A stretch of 63,197 nt of DNA, counting the filler, from Chiloscyllium plagiosum (Eukaryota), in assembly GCF_004010195.1 (NCBI RefSeq). It is 4 parts of one record of this genome, joined end to end, with 100 filler letters (N's around TTAATTAATTAA, not from the genome) between each part and the next. Parts side by side here need not be neighbours in the genome. Positions count along the whole stretch, not along the records: positions 1 to 23,169 come from NC_057712.1; 3 more parts are not named here. One strand, 5' to 3'. The stretch's first letter is position 1, and each line of letters begins with the position of its first letter. Positions 1 through 13,702 of the stretch are shown in pieces. A program made the position numbers and the translations under genes. The notes below the pieces were generated by a model that ran no database searches, was not told where the DNA came from, and saw only the letters and a program-made list of their open reading frames with translations.

Positions 1-290
1 GTTGCTGGAAAAGCGCAGGAGGTCAGGCAGCATCTAGGGAACAGGAGAATCGACGTCTCTGGCATTAGCCCTTCTTCAGGAATGAGGAAAGTTGGTCCAG
101 CAGGCTAAGATAAAAGATAGGGAATATGGAATATCTTAGTCTGCTGGACCAACTTTCCTCATTCCTGAAGGAGGGCTAATGCCCGAAACGTCGATTCTCC
201 TGTTCCCTAGATGCTGCCTGACCTGCTGCGCTTTTCCAGCAACACATTTCCATCTCTAATCTCCAGCATCTGCAGACCTCACTTTCTCCT
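1..290. mobile_element. Palindromic PLE 3'-terminus element (family A), left end cut by the window, joined to a CR1
   Basis: 1-110 is the reverse complement of ~131-243 around a ~20-nt loop. The right arm matches the 3' end of the PLE at 46105-46220. Confidence 0.85.
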
Positions 291-1378
291 CAAAGCTCAT
301 TGATAAAGTCAGGAAGTATGGGATACAGGGAGATTTGTCTCTCTGGATTCAGAATTGGTTGGCTGACAGAAGGCAGAGAGTGGTTGTAGATGGATGGTAT
401 TCTGCCGAGAGGTCAGTGGTGAGTGGGGTCCCGCAGGGCTCTGTTCTTGGGCCTCTGCTCTTTGTCATTTTTATAAATGACTTGGATGAGGAGGTTGAGG
501 GGTGGGTTAGTAAATTTGCCGATGACACAAAGGTTGAAGGTGCTGTTGATAGTATTGAGGGCTGTTGCAGGCTGCAGCTTGACATAGACAGGATGCAGAG
601 CTGGGCTGAGAAATGGCAGATGGAGTTCAACCTGGATAAATGTGAAGCGATGCATTTTGGAAGGTTGAACTCGAATGCTGAATATAGGATTAGAGACAGG
701 ATTCTTGGCAGTGTGGAGGAACAGCAGGATGTTGGTGTTCAAGTAGATAGGTCCCTCAAGTTGCCACCCAAGTGGATAGAGTTGTTATGAAAGCATACGG
801 TGTTTTGGCTTTCATTAACAGGGGAATCGAGTTTAAGAGCCGTGAGGTTATGCTGCAGCTCTACAAGACCTTGGGTGAGACCACACTTCGAATATTGTGT
901 CCAGTTCTGGTCGCCCTACTATAGGAACGATACAGAGGCTTTGAAGAGAGTGCAAAGAAGGTTTACCAGGATGCTGCCTGGACTGGAGGGCTTGTCTTAA
1001 AAAGAAAGATTGACTAAGATCGGACTTTTCTCTCTGGAGGGAAGGAGGAAGAGAGGTGATCGAGGTATACAAGATAATGAGAGGGTTGGATAGCGTCAAT
1101 AGCCAGAGATTATTCCCCAGGGCAGGATTGAATGGCACGAGGAGTCATTGTTTTAGATATTAGGAGGGAAGTATAGAGGAGACGTCAGAGGTAGGTTCTT
1201 TACGCAGAGAGTTGTGAATGCATTGCCAGCTGTGGTGGTGGAAGCAGAGTCATTAGGGACATTTAAGCGACTGCTGTACATGCACTTGGATAGCAGTGAA
1301 TTGAGGGGTATTTTGTTTTAGATTAGGAATAACCTTCGGCACAACATCTGTGCTGTACTTTTCTATGTTCTTTGTTCT
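291..1378 (+). mobile_element. CR1-clade LINE, RT C-terminal half plus 3' UTR (decayed)
   Basis: Translation SGVPQGSVLGPLLFVIFINDL...SKFADDTKV...RPHFEYCVQFWSP; stop and frameshifts; ttctatg-type tail. Confidence 0.95.
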
Positions 1379-1589
1379 AGTTAGTATGTTACATGTGGAG
1401 ATGGAGGTTATGTCCATTACTTCACCATTCCCCTACCATTTGTACTGGAGCCTATTCGAAGTCAGGTTGGGGTGGGGGCGGTGTAAATCCTTTGAAAGCT
1501 ATTGAAGCAATTCACCTCATAAGCTATCAATTACACTTTTCCCTTTTGTAGACTAAGAATAGCCCCTACTCCTGACTATATATTTGATT

Positions 1590-1682
1590 TGAAACAAAAA
1601 CAGAAATTGCTGGAGGAACTCAGCAGATGTGGCAGCATCTGTGGAGAGAGAAACAGAGTCCAGTGTCCCTTCTTCAGAACTT
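1590..1682 (-). mobile_element. PLE 3'-terminus fragment (family B)
   Basis: aaacagaaattgctggaggaactcagcag...cccttcttcagaac; also seen at 10170, 13530, 17320, 46520 and 57800. Confidence 0.7.
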
Positions 1683-1699
1683 TAGATTTACCCCACCTG

Positions 1700-2197
1700 A
1701 AATAAAGACAAATGACACAAATACCATTGTCCTATTCCTTCAGCATCTTTCTTCAAACCCTATTTGTTTTCCTGTTGCTCTGTCTAGCAACATCAATCTT
1801 ACTTTCCAAAGCAGGCTGCAAGATTTTAGCCATGGTTACCTCTGAGCAGTTGGGTGTTCCACCACTCCCATATCCAGCTCCACCCCTCCTCCTCTCCTCC
1901 CTGACCTGCCCTAACCTGTCCATCTTCCTACTCACCTATCCACTCCACCTTTCCCACTGACCAATCACAATAACCTCCCATCTGCATCCATTTATCACCA
2001 TCCCACCTACCTTTGCCCCCGCCCTAACCCCCTCCCTCTATATACTTCTGGGCTCCCCTCCCCCTCTCCCCAATGAAGAATTTCGGTCCAAAATGTTGAC
2101 TCTCCTGCTCCTTGGATGCTGTCTGACCTGCTGTGCTTTTCCAGCACTACATCTATTGACTCTGGCTTCCAGCATCTGCAGTCTTTATTGTCTCCAG
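1700..2197 (+). mobile_element. PLE 3' UTR and terminus (family A-like), decayed
   Basis: C-rich tract similar to 45280-45410, followed by ggatgctgtctgacctgctgtgcttttccagc...ccagcatctgcagtc. Confidence 0.7.
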
Positions 2198-2254
2198 GTT
2201 AAGCTTCTAACCAGGGTGTTAGGTTAATGCAGTCTTGAGAGTGTATTTTATTGT

Positions 2255-2566
2255 CATAGGAGCTGTTTTTCAGATGAGATGTTAAGCTGCCCTCCCAGAT
2301 GTGTGAGAAGGATCTCATGATCCTATTACAAGGATGAGTAAAGGTGTACCCTCCTAATAATCTGGGCAATATTTATCGCTGCACCAATATCGCTGAAATA
2401 GTTTGTTGGTCAGGATTACATTGCTGCTTGTGGAACTTTGCACTGTGCAATTTGACACTTGTGCCTCACATTACAATAATGAACACATTCTTAATTGCCT
2501 GTAAAGTGCTTTGGGGTACAGTGAGGTTGTGAAAGACACTGTGCAAATACAAGCTCTCACTTCCTT
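2255..2566 (+). mobile_element. Deu-domain SINE (SacSINE1/AmnSINE-like), old
   Basis: cagatgagatgttaa...ggcaatatttatc...cattgctgcttgtggaactt...gtaaagtgctttgggg...gtgaaagacactgtgcaaatacaag resembles the DeuSINE body as I recall it. Confidence 0.65.
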
Positions 2567-4269
2567 TCCATCAGTTGCTTGTGGTTTCAGCGTGATCCAA
2601 GCTACGGCAAATAGATTCACAAAGAAGAGAACCTTTTATCTTGAAGACTTGGCATGTTTGCACAACTGCTTTATCCAGAAATTTACTACCAGTTTTCCAA
2701 AAGGCAAACTTACTCCCTGCAGAAACCAAATATCTAGCTGTGCCTTCAACTGTACTTTTCCTTTCATTGTTTCCTATTTTTCTGCTCCTCGACTTGAAAG
2801 AGCACTTCCAGTATTGCCCCAAATTTGTTTTCTCCAATTTAATAAAAGTCAGCAGCAAATCTCAGCAATGCAGTGTTTCTCAAAGCACACGGCTGGGAGG
2901 GGAAGATCAGCCTTTGAGGGTTTTCAAGGAGAATCTCTCTGCTCTCGTGAAATCAGCTCCAACCAATTCATAACAACCACGCAGAAGGATTAATTGCATC
3001 ACCCAGATGTTGTTTATAATTGTTTGGATGACGACACTGAATTGGTACAAATGCTGTGCATGCACCATCTGTTCCTATGCATCCCATTGTTACATTTTCC
3101 TTACCTATTTTATTGCCTGATTCTCACATTTCTGCAAAACCTTGTAAAATAAAAGAAGTGTCAGATGCAGAGCAAGTTAATATTCACCACTTTCTACAGT
3201 GCAACTGCCAGCTCATCGCAAGAAGCAGAACTTGAGGCCTGCTGAATTTCAGCAGTGTAGAATGTGAATATTAATCACTCTTTCTATTTTTGAACATTCT
3301 GTAAATTAAGATGCTCCTGTTGCATAACATTTGCAGCTAATAGTGCAGTTTACAAAGAGAAGTACCTATCACCCCTGCTTGCACCCTTCTGTCAGAAACA
3401 CTGAGCTGCTGAACAAATGGAACTGATTGCTTATGACAACTGAGACGTGGAGAACTCAGTGAAGATAGATGTCTCACTAGCCATTGTCAGTGGCAATGAG
3501 GCACAGCAGATTTTTTTTACAAAAACTGCTGAGATTGTTTAATGTTGCAGAATATTTGGAGGAAGACTGAATTGGACCCTACTGTTTGGATCCCAATTAT
3601 CATGCTAAGGGAATCGGATTTAAAGGCCGTGTCACCAATGTGCAATTGAGTTGATTTTATGGAACACAAAGTGAAAGAATTCTTATACAAGTTTTCAATG
3701 TGGGAAGAAAATTGTCAGCTGGAAGGCTGTTTTTTTTTACTGCAGTACTGTAGCATGTTTAATTTTTGCGGAAATTATCACCAGATCCTGCTGCTCAGTG
3801 CTGGCTTTTTACACTTTTTACACAGAAGACAGAAATAGCAAGGAATTAATTTTTACAATACATGATCATGCTGAGTCTGAAAATTAAGTTACATAACCAC
3901 TGGAGTATTAACAGTTTGGTACTTAGCCATTCTTTCAGCTGAGTGTACAGTCAATGTACGTTCTATCCTACTCCATTATCAGCACCAAAGGATTAGCAGA
4001 TTTCACCAATCTGACTTTTTTTTGTTTTAAACTGTAGGAAATTAAAACTGGAAGCCACATCTGATTTATGAGTCAGTAGGTGGTGATCTCAATTAATTTC
4101 TTCAGGAGACTTACTTAGGCGATTAAAAATCAGACCAAGACTATTAGCCTATCTCTTAAACCAATCCATTTGGTAGTATTCCTGCCAATAGTGTTTACAA
4201 ATGTACTTTTCCAATGTATTTGTTGAAACAAAAGAGAAATGCAAACTAGTATGCATTAATTATTCAAAA

Positions 4270-6352
4270 CTATGGAGTCATAGAGTACAGAAAGACACTT
4301 CAGTCCAATTCATCCATGCCGACCGGATATCCTAAATTAATCTCATCCCATCTGCTAACATTTGGCCCATACCCTCCAAACCCTTCCTATCCATATACCC
4401 ATCCAGATGCTTTTTAAATGTTGTGATTGTACCAGCCTCCACCACTTCCTCAGGCAGCTCATTCTATACACATACCACCCTCTGTGTGAGAAAGTTGCAC
4501 CGTAAGCCCTTTCACTTCACCCTCTAGTTTTGGACTCACTTACCCTGGGAAAAAGACCTTAGCTATTTGTCCTATTCATGCCATGATTTTAAAAACCTCT
4601 AACACTCCGGGAAAACAGCCCCAGTCTATTCAGCCTCTCCGTATAGCTCCAACCCTGCCAACATCCTGGTAAATCTTTTCTATGCCCTTTCAAGTTTCAC
4701 AACATCTTTCCTATAGCAGGGAGATCAGAATTGAATGTAGTATTCTAGAATTGACATAACCAATGTCCCGTACAGTTGCAACATGACCTCCCAACTCTTA
4801 TACTCAATGGTCTGACCAATAAAGGCAAGCATACCAAATGCCTTCTTCACTATCCTGTCTACCTGTGACTCCATCTTCATGTAGTTATGAACCTACACTC
4901 CAAGATTACTTTGTTTGACAGCAATCCCCAGGACCCGACCATGAAATGTGTAAACCCTGCCCTCATTTGCCCTACCAAAATGTACACCTCACATTTATCT
5001 AAATTAAACTCCAGCTGCCCCTCCTCAGCCCCTTGGCCCATCTGATCAAGGTCCTCCTGTACTCTGAGATAACCTTCTTCACTGTCCAGTTCACCATCAC
5101 TTTTGGCGCCATCTACACACTTCCGAACTATAACTCCTATATTCATATCCAATTCATTTATGTAAATGACAAAAAGCAGTTGACCCTGCACCGATTCTAA
5201 TGGCGCACAGCTGGTCACAGGCCTCCAGTCCAAAAAACAACCCTCCACCACCACCATGTCTCCAAATTGATAGCTCTCTCTGAATTGCATGTGATGTCAC
5301 CTTGCTAACCAGTCTACCATGGTGAACCTCATTGAACACATCAACTGCTCTGTCTTCAACAGTCTTCTTTGTCACTTCTTCAAAAAAAACTCAATTTAGG
5401 GAGATGATTTCTCGTGCACAAAGCCATGCTGACTATTGCTAATCAGTCCTTGTCTTTTCCAGTACATGTAGATCCTGTCCCTCAGGATCCTCTTCAACAA
5501 TTCACCCACCACTGACGTAAGACTCAACAGCCTAGAGTTCCTTGGCTTTTTCTTAAGTAGTGGCATGACGTTAGCCAAGCTCCAGTCTTCTGGCACCTTA
5601 CCCGAGGCCACCGATGATACAAATATTCAGAAAGGGGCCCAGCAATCATATCCCTAGCTTCCCACAGATTTCTAAGGTACACCTGATCAGGTCCCATGTT
5701 TATACATTTCAATACGTCCAGCACCTCCTCCGCTTTTCAAGAGATCGCTGCTTATTTCTCCAAGTCCTCTAGCTTCCATATCCTTCTTCACCGTAAATAC
5801 TGATTTGAAATACTCCTTTGTATCTCACCTATCTCCTGCAGTTCCACACATAGATGGCCATGTTGCTCTTTTGTCTTAGTGCATTTATAGAAACTCTTTG
5901 GATCCTCCTCAACTCTATTTACCAAAGCTATCTCATGTCTGCTTTTTGCCGTCCTGATTTCCCTCTTGAGTATACTTCTATTGCCCTGACAACTCCTCTG
6001 GAGGTTCACTTGATCCCAGCTGTCTAGACTTACTATATGCCTCCTTTTTCTTGACCAGAACCTCAATTTCTCTAGTTGTCCAACATTCTCTACACCTCCC
6101 AGCCTTACCCTTCAAACTAACAGGAATATACTATCTCTGAACTCTCATTATCTCATTTTTAAAGACCTCTCACTTCCCAAGTGTCCCTTTACCTGTGAAT
6201 AGCCTCCCCCAAACAACTTTTGAAACTTCCTATCTAATACTGTCAAAATTGGTCTTACTCCACTTAGAGCTTCAATTTTTACATCAGGCCTATCCTTTTC
6301 CATTGTTATTTTAAACCTAGTAGAATTATGGTCACTGGCTCCAAAGTGCACC
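4270..6352 (-). mobile_element. CR1-clade LINE, 5'-truncated, decayed
   Basis: Minus-strand fragments ASDHNS, VPEDWSLANVMPL, SQHGFV, LLFVIYINELD; 3' end near 4270. Confidence 0.9.
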
Positions 6353-6353
6353 C

Positions 6354-6460
6354 AGATCCATGGCAATGTGGTTGACTCTTAACTGTCCTCGGGGCCATTA
6401 GGGATGGGCAATAAATGATGGTCTGGCCAGTGATGCCTGTGAATAGTTATTTTAAAAAAT
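6354..6460 (+). mobile_element. 3' fragment of the tRNA-derived SINE seen at 61872-62255
   Basis: gcaatgtggttgactcttaactgtcctc...attagggatgggcaataaatg matches 62155-62215. Confidence 0.65.
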
Positions 6461-6619
6461 CATATTGTCACATCCATTCTCATTGCATTACCCTTTCAAG
6501 GCACCATAATCCCATCCCTCATCCACAATTAAACTCTTGTATTTGGAATTCATGCCTCACATTCAGATGCTTCATTTCTCCTTTGTATACTAACTTCACA
6601 CTTTGTATATTTGAATTGA

Positions 6620-7850
6620 TTTGATTTTTATTGTAAGTCACATGTACCTAAGTACAGTGAAAAGTTTTGTTTGTAAGAAGTATAAACAGATCATAGCAAA
6701 CTATAATGTAGAGAACATAGGGTGCTCAGACAGAGTGAGGCATGCAAGGTTACACAGTACAGGAGTTACACAAGGTGAGATCACTATTAACAAGATCAAC
6801 CTTATTTGAAGTTAGATCGTCCATTCATCAATCTAATAACGGCAGGGAAGAAGCTGTCCTTGAACCAGTTGTGTTCAAGCTTCTGTGTCTTCTGCCTGTA
6901 GGAGAGCATGGCCAGGGTGAGATGGGTCATTGATGGTGTTGGCAGCTTTTCCATGGCAACGCAAAGTGTAAATGGAGTTCAGGGATGGAAGGTTGGCTTC
7001 CATGATGGCCGAGGAGAAAGTGAGGACTGCAGATGTTAGAGAGTCAGAATCGAAAAGTGTAGCCCTAGAAAAGCATAGCAGGTCAGGCAGCATCCAAGGA
7101 GCAGGAGAATCGACATTGCGTGCATAACCCCTGACAAAGGCTCTTCCGTTCCTTGGATCCTGTCTGACTTGTTGTGCGTTTTCAGCGGCACACCCTCCAT
7201 GATGGTCTGGGCTGTGCACACAGTCTTCTGTAGCTTCTTATGGTCCTGGGCAGAGCAGTTCCCATACCAGGCAGTTATGCACTCAGTTAACTTTCTGTGG
7301 TGCATCTGTAAAAGTCAGTGTGTGCCCTTATGTTTAGACCAGAGTGGTGCAGGAAAAGCACAGCAGGTCAGGCAGCATTCGAGGAGCAGGAAAATCGACG
7401 TTTCGGGCAAAAGCCCTTCACGAGGAATAGGCGATAACTCAGTAGTTACTTCGTGTGTGCTTATGGACATGCCAAATGTCCTAAACCGCCTGAGGAAGAA
7501 GTTGTTGTGCCTTCCTGATCTTTGCATCGACATGGAAGCCCAGGACAGATTGTCAGTTATTGTCACTCCGAGGAACTTAGCGCTATCAACCCTCTTAATC
7601 TCCACTCTGTTGATGTTGATGTGGGTGTGTCCTCCTTTCTTTCTGAAGTTAATGATCAGTTCTTTTGTTTTGCCAACATTGAGAAAGAGGTTGTTATCAC
7701 TGCACCACCTCACCAACCCTCTATGTTCTTTCTATAATCTAACTCATCGTTATTTGATATCCATCCCACCATGGTGATGTCATCAGCAAACTAGTAGATG
7801 CCGTTTGTTTGGTGTTTGGCTACACAGTTGTTTAATGATAAATGGGCTGC
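6620..7850 (-). mobile_element. Rex1/Babar-like LINE fragment carrying two PLE-terminus insertions (7009-7195 and ~7335-7430)
   Basis: WCSDNNLFLNVGKTKELIINFRK...KFLGVTITDNLSW and CITAWYGNCSAQDHKKLQK are Rex1-type RT C-terminal motifs. The first insertion is flanked by TCCATGATGG (6999-7008 and 7196-7205). Confidence 0.85.
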
Positions 7851-9233
7851 GGGGAGTTGTGGAGTACCAGTGATGAAGACCCCCACCAACTGAAAGGAAC
7901 CAGAGTCTGTGTAGCAATCACGCACAGCCTGCGACCTACAGTTCCATTTCCATTTGCACAGAACTTGGCCTCCTTCCAACCACTTTTCCTCTTTGTTGTG
8001 TTACAGACAAAGATATGCTCCTGCCTCCATATGTCTTGCAGATTTTGTGTGGAAAAGTTTTTCTCCCACATTGAAGATACTCCTCTTCTGAAGTTTGGAT
8101 GGTTAATCCTTTCACTGGCAATGAACAGAGGAGTCCCTCTTGCAACTCAATCCATGTTTGGATCGCCCAGTCAAATTTGGAAACCGTGTATTAAAATTAG
8201 CTGGGGTGACAGCTGAGGTCATGATCCGAGCAGCCAGGAAGGAGCTGATGCATGGCCATGTCCAAGTGAGCTCCCTTTCAACATGAGCTGCTGCTTGGGA
8301 AATCTGTGGAAGCCACTTCAGGTCTTACTTGGAGAACCTCATCTCCCTTAGCACTGCTCTTCAGAACTACAGTCAAATTTCTCAACCAAATTATCCAGCC
8401 GCTGCCATATTATAGGCTTTGATTTCATAAAACTGAGAGATGGATAGCGCTGATTAAATTATTCTTCCAATCATATTGTCATTTGTTCTTTGCCCCGTCA
8501 CTTTTCTGTCTGATTTTCATTGAAACCCTTGGGAAAAGAATGACAAGAATAAAACCATTTTGTTGCAAACAACTTAATAGACATCTGGTTCATTTAATAA
8601 AATGTATCCTTAAGCAAAACTGATGTGCAATTTATTTTCTCTCTGCCTATAGACCGTTCAAGAATCCAATCATATATTTCTTCCAACAATTGTGACATTA
8701 ATGTCTATACTTGAAATTATTGGAAAATAAACAACCATTTACTGATAATGAGAGTTTTCCTAAGTTAGGTCAATCTATTTTAAATCATTTTAGTGTGACC
8801 GAAAATCTGGCATTGATACAAATGATGAGATTGGAGTCTGTTAGTAATTCTTCCAAATACTCTGAAATGATTAGGAATAAATAAAATTCTGTAATTATTT
8901 ACGCAGATTAACATGTTCACAAATAAACATGAATATTAATATTGTCAGAAAGGTCTTATTATGAGAAAAAAGCTGCAAGGTCATTACTTCAAAAAATAGC
9001 TGAAGGGATGAGGTCAGGAAGGTTAATCTCATTCCTATTGTTTGAAACAAATGCAACAAGTTTGATTATTGTAGAAATGTGTATGTATGTTTGTGTGTTT
9101 GTATATATGTACATGCGCAGAAATGTTTTAAAGATGAAATAAATCATATGCAATTAATTTTGACTCACAGTTCAATCTGCAAGTATGGGTCATGACATCT
9201 TCCGTGTCTTTATACTCAAGATCTTTATACTCA

Positions 9234-9551
9234 GGGCGGCACGGTGGCACAGTGGTTAGCACTGCTGCCTCAGCGCCAGAGACCCGGGTTAATTTCCCAT
9301 CTCAGGCAACTAACTGTGTGGAGTTTGCATATTCTCCCCGTGTCTGCGTGGGTTTGCTCCGGGTGCTCCGGTTTCCTCCCACAGTCCAAAGATGTGCAGG
9401 TTAGGTGAATTGGCCATGCTAAATTGCCCGTAGTGTTAGGTGAAGGGATAAATGTAGGGGAATGGGTCTGGGTGGCTTGCGCTTCGGCGGGTCGGTGTGG
9501 ACTTGTTGGGCTAAAGGGCCAGTTTCCACACTGTAAGTAATCTAATCTAAT
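9234..9551 (+). mobile_element. HE1-type V-SINE, full length
   Basis: tRNA-like head ggtggcacagtggttagc; V-domain tgtgtggagtttgcatattctccccgtgtctgcgtggg; (aatct)n tail. Confidence 0.9.
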
Positions 9552-9964
9552 GAGCGGAACCTTACCAAACATCAGCTGTCAGTTTCAAGAAGTTTCATGG
9601 AGGTTTCTTTCATTGAGTTGTAGTGATATCTCACGCAATTCTCCACTGTTCATCTTTGTACCTCCTCTGTCCTCCACTACACTCACGCTATCTTACAGAG
9701 GTGGTGCCAGGACCTTCGCACTTACACGTTCCAGGTTTATGTTAGAATTGTGCAGACATAATGCATGCAGTGACAAACTAATTTAAATGCTCAAACTCGC
9801 CACAAGCAGACTTGCCCATGTTATTAATCACGACAAATTGACCCTTGTCATCTCTGTGAAGAAGAAGTAATCTCACTTGACCTTAAAAGTGTCACCCATG
9901 TGCCCCACTTCACAAAGACAATTCGAGGTCTCTCAGGCCGCACACAGGCGTGGAGCTGATTTCC

Positions 9965-10306
9965 TGAAGAGAATCCACGAAGTCCAGTTTCACATCACTA
10001 AGTCACCGTTATTTACACATGCCCAATACATGGATCTGGCCACTTAGCTCAGAGCCAGTCGCCTTAGTGATGAGAATCCCCATGATTTCTCTTTATATCT
10101 ATCAGCCAGGGCTCCCTGATTGTCCCAAGTTAACAGCCCCAATCAGGGAACTCATAGTCAATGAGATCCACAAACTGAAATTGCTGGAAAAACTCAGCAG
10201 GTCTGTCAGCATCTGTGTAGAGAAATCAGAGTTAAAGTTTCTAGTCGAGTGACCCTTCCTCAGAACTGATGAGCTCGACCTGGCCAACCTTGTCCTGTTC
10301 ATTACA
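9965..10306 (-). mobile_element. Solo LTR with a nested PLE family-B terminus (~10170-10270)
   Basis: TG...CA ends; TSD TTTCC at 9960-9964 and 10307-10311; homologous to 17483-18261 and 48746-48970. Confidence 0.75.
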
Positions 10307-10328
10307 TTTCCTCATACCTTTAACTAGA

Positions 10329-11035
10329 AGTAGAGTCATAGGGATATACAGCGCAGAAACAGATCCTTCAGTCCAAACTGTTCATGCTGACCAGAGATCC
10401 CACTTGCCAGCATTTGGCTCATCCCTCCAAACCCTTCCTATTCGTATAGCCATCCAGATGCCTTTTAAATGCTGTAATTGTACCAGCCTCCACCACTTCT
10501 TCTGGCAGGTTATTCCATACACGCACCACCATCTGTATGAAAAAATTGTCCATTAGGTCCCTTTTAAATCTTTCACCTCTCACCTTAAACCTATGCCTTC
10601 TAGTACCCACACTAGGGAAAAGACCTTTTCTATTTACCCTATCCATGTCCCTCATGATTTTATAAGCTTCTATAAGGTCACTCCTCAGCCCCCGACGTTC
10701 CTCAGAGAACAGGCCCAGCTATTTAGCCTCTCCCTATAGCTCAAGCCTTCCAATCCTGGCAACACCTTTGCAAATCTTTTCTGAACCATTTCAAATTTTG
10801 CAACATCCTTCCCATAGCAGGGAGACCAGAACTGAATGCAGTTTTCCAAAAATGGCCTAACCCATGTCCTGTACAGCCATGGAATGACCTCCCAATTCCT
10901 ACTCAATGCGCTGATCAATAAAGGCAAGCATACCAAACAACCTCTTCACTATCTTATCTACCTGCAACTCCACTTTCAAGGAGCTATACTCCAAGGTCTC
11001 TTTGTTCAGCAACACGCCCCAGGACTTTATCAGCA
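10329..11035 (-). mobile_element. CR1 LINE 3' fragment
   Basis: VRPFLENCIQFWSP and RVWNNLPEEVVEAGTI motifs. Confidence 0.9.
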
Positions 11036-12159
11036 AGTACTTAACAACATACTCTTTCATGTACTGCTGTCTTTCTTGGATGTAGTGGTGAGGGGCAGGG
11101 ATTTGTGGGCAATGTATTGTAATCATATAGAACTTTCAATCTGTACTGCATTTGCATGACATGGTTTATGCTGCATACATTGAATAAAGCACATTAATGT
11201 GACCACCCCTTTGACAAGCTTCTGGAGTAATGGCTGTGCTAAAAGACACATCAATTCAGAAGTATTGAAAGGCTGTAGGTCCTGAAAAAGGCAGAAATGA
11301 ACAAAAAAAGGCAAGACAGAGATGTTGTTACTAGTCAAATAAGTATCAAGTGAATAAGCATGAATAGACCAAGCTAACGGCCCTGAGATGTAACGTGTTC
11401 CAAGGCACAAGATGGTGCCTGTCTCTGTGAGCAAAACAACCTGGCAGCAACATTGCTATGAACGGTGTTGGTGCATTCTAAACTGTAACAATGAAATGGC
11501 ATACTGTATTCTGAGTGAGCCAAAGATATGTTACGTTGATATGGGAAGGCTGTTGCATGTCTAATGCTAACCTATGTGATCAAAGGATCCTGGCTGTCAC
11601 TGCTGTGAAGTATGTCCTGAAAGGTTGGAGAGTGGTGTCCATTTTGGAGATCCAGGGGAACTAGCAGTGACCTAAAGCCACCAGGTACCCGCTGTAGATT
11701 ACATTATCGAGTATTTTCCCCAGTGGGTTTCCTTCCACTGCCTAGCAAAGTAACAACTTCCATATACATAAGGTAAGCTATATAACAATAAGATAATAAA
11801 GCATGAAAATAAGCCTTTTGCTCTTCACTAAAGGGATTCTTGTCTCACTGTTAAAGCTGTCAACAATGAGAATCTAATTTTCTAATCTTACTAAATTTTT
11901 CCAACCAACCTGCCATTACCTACTGCATTCAGGGCTGGGAAAATGTTACCCTATGTATTTGTCAAGATTTTCCACTGCAACTGAAATTGGGAGGCCAGAT
12001 TACTTCACCGACATATGCTAACCTTTTCCTGACCCCAGTTTGTGAGAAGTACTGGGACATGGGAACATAGCAATAAATGTCACAATTACTTCAGGACCTT
12101 TCAATCATATCATTGTCCTAATATCAGTTGTACTGATATTAATAATTAGAAATGTATTA

Positions 12160-13430
12160 TGAGTCAAAGAGTCAAAGAGTCATATAGCGTGGGAGTAGAC
12201 CCATTAGTCCAATACATCAGTGTCAAACAGACATCCTAATCTGACCTAGTCCCATTTGCTAGCACTTGGCCCATATACCTCTAAATCTTTTCTATTCATA
12301 TAAACACTCGGATGCCTTTTAAATGTTGTGATTGTGCCAGCCTCCACCATCTTCTCTAGCAGCTCGTTTCATATATGCACCACCCTCTGCGTGAAATAAA
12401 TTATTCCTCAGACACTTTATGAATCTTTCCCCTCTTAGCTTAAATCGATGTTCTTTAGTTTTGAACTCCCCCAGCCTAGGAAAACGACGTTGGCTATTCA
12501 ACCTCTCCATGCCTCTCCTCATTTTCTAAATTAAACTCTATCTGCCACTCCTCGCCAGATGGGCCCATCTGATCAAGATCCTGTTGTACTCTGAGATAAT
12601 CATCTTCACTGTCCACTACATCACTTACTTTGATATCTTCTGCAAATGTACTAACAAACCTCCTACATTCACATCCAAATCATTTATATAAATGATGAAA
12701 AGCAGTGGGGCCAACACTCATTATTGCGGCACACCATTGGTCACAGGCGAAAGTGAGGACTGCAGATACTGGAGATCAAATTCAATGTTGGAGTGGTGCT
12801 GCAAAAGCACAGCAGGTCAGGCAACATCTGAGGAGCAGGAAAATCAACATTTCAGGCAAAAGCCCTTCATCAGGAACCCAAAACGTTGATTTTCCTGCTC
12901 CACGGATGCTGCCTGACCTGCTGTGTTTTTCCAGCACCACTCTAACCTTACAAACCAGTCTATCATGTGGAACTTTGGCGAATGCTTTGCTGAAGTCCAT
13001 ATAGACAACGACCACCACTCTGCCTTCTTCAATCTTCTGTGTCACTTCTTCAGAAAACTCAACCACATTAGTCAGACTTGATTTCCTACGCAGAAAGCTA
13101 TGCTTACTATCCCTAATCAGTCCTTGCCTTTCCAAATACATGTAAATCCTGTCCCTCAGAATCCCTTCTAACAACTTACCAACCATAAGGCTCACTTGTC
13201 TATACTTCACTGGTTATCCTAACAGCCATTTTCCAAAATTGGCACCAGATTAGCCAGCCTCCAGTCTTCTGGCACCTCACCCATGCTATTGATGATACAA
13301 ATATCTCAGTGAGGGACCTAGCAATCTCTTCCCTAGCTTCCCATAATGTTCTGGGAAACATCTAATCAGGTCCCAGAGATTTATCTACCTTTGTGCATTT
13401 TATGATCTCCAGCACCTCCTCCTCTACAAC
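12160..13430 (-). mobile_element. CR1 LINE fragment interrupted by a palindromic PLE terminus (12747-12946)
   Basis: YMDFSKAFAKVPHDRL motif; the insert has inverted arms around cccttcatcaggaa. Confidence 0.88.
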
Positions 13431-13499
13431 TGAATAAAGAGACTTTAGTTCCATTTACAAATGACCCAGGAAGGTCAGAAAGCCAGAAGTCTTAAATAG

Positions 13500-13702
13500 A
13501 AAAAACTGAAAGAACTGAGGATGCTGTAAATCAGAAACAAAAGTAGAAATTGCTGAGGAAACTCAGCAGGTCTGGCAGCATCTGTGGAGAGAAAGCAGAG
13601 GAAGCATTCTGAGGCAGGGTCACAAGACCCAGAATAATAACTCTGCTCTCCACAGATGCTGCCAGACCTGGTGAGCTTTTCCAGCAATTTCTGTTTTTGT
13701 TA
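13500..13702. mobile_element. Palindromic PLE-terminus element (family B)
   Basis: agaaattgctgaggaaactcagcaggtctggcagcatctgtggagag ... ctctccacagatgctgccagacctggtgagcttttccagcaatttct are inverted arms. Confidence 0.8.

Noticed and set aside
11200..11320. Strong minus-strand splice-acceptor-like tract (tttttgttcatttctgcctttttcag)
   Set aside because: The downstream frame (DLQPFNTSELMCLL...) is unrecognisable, the donor is weak, and there are no partner exons.
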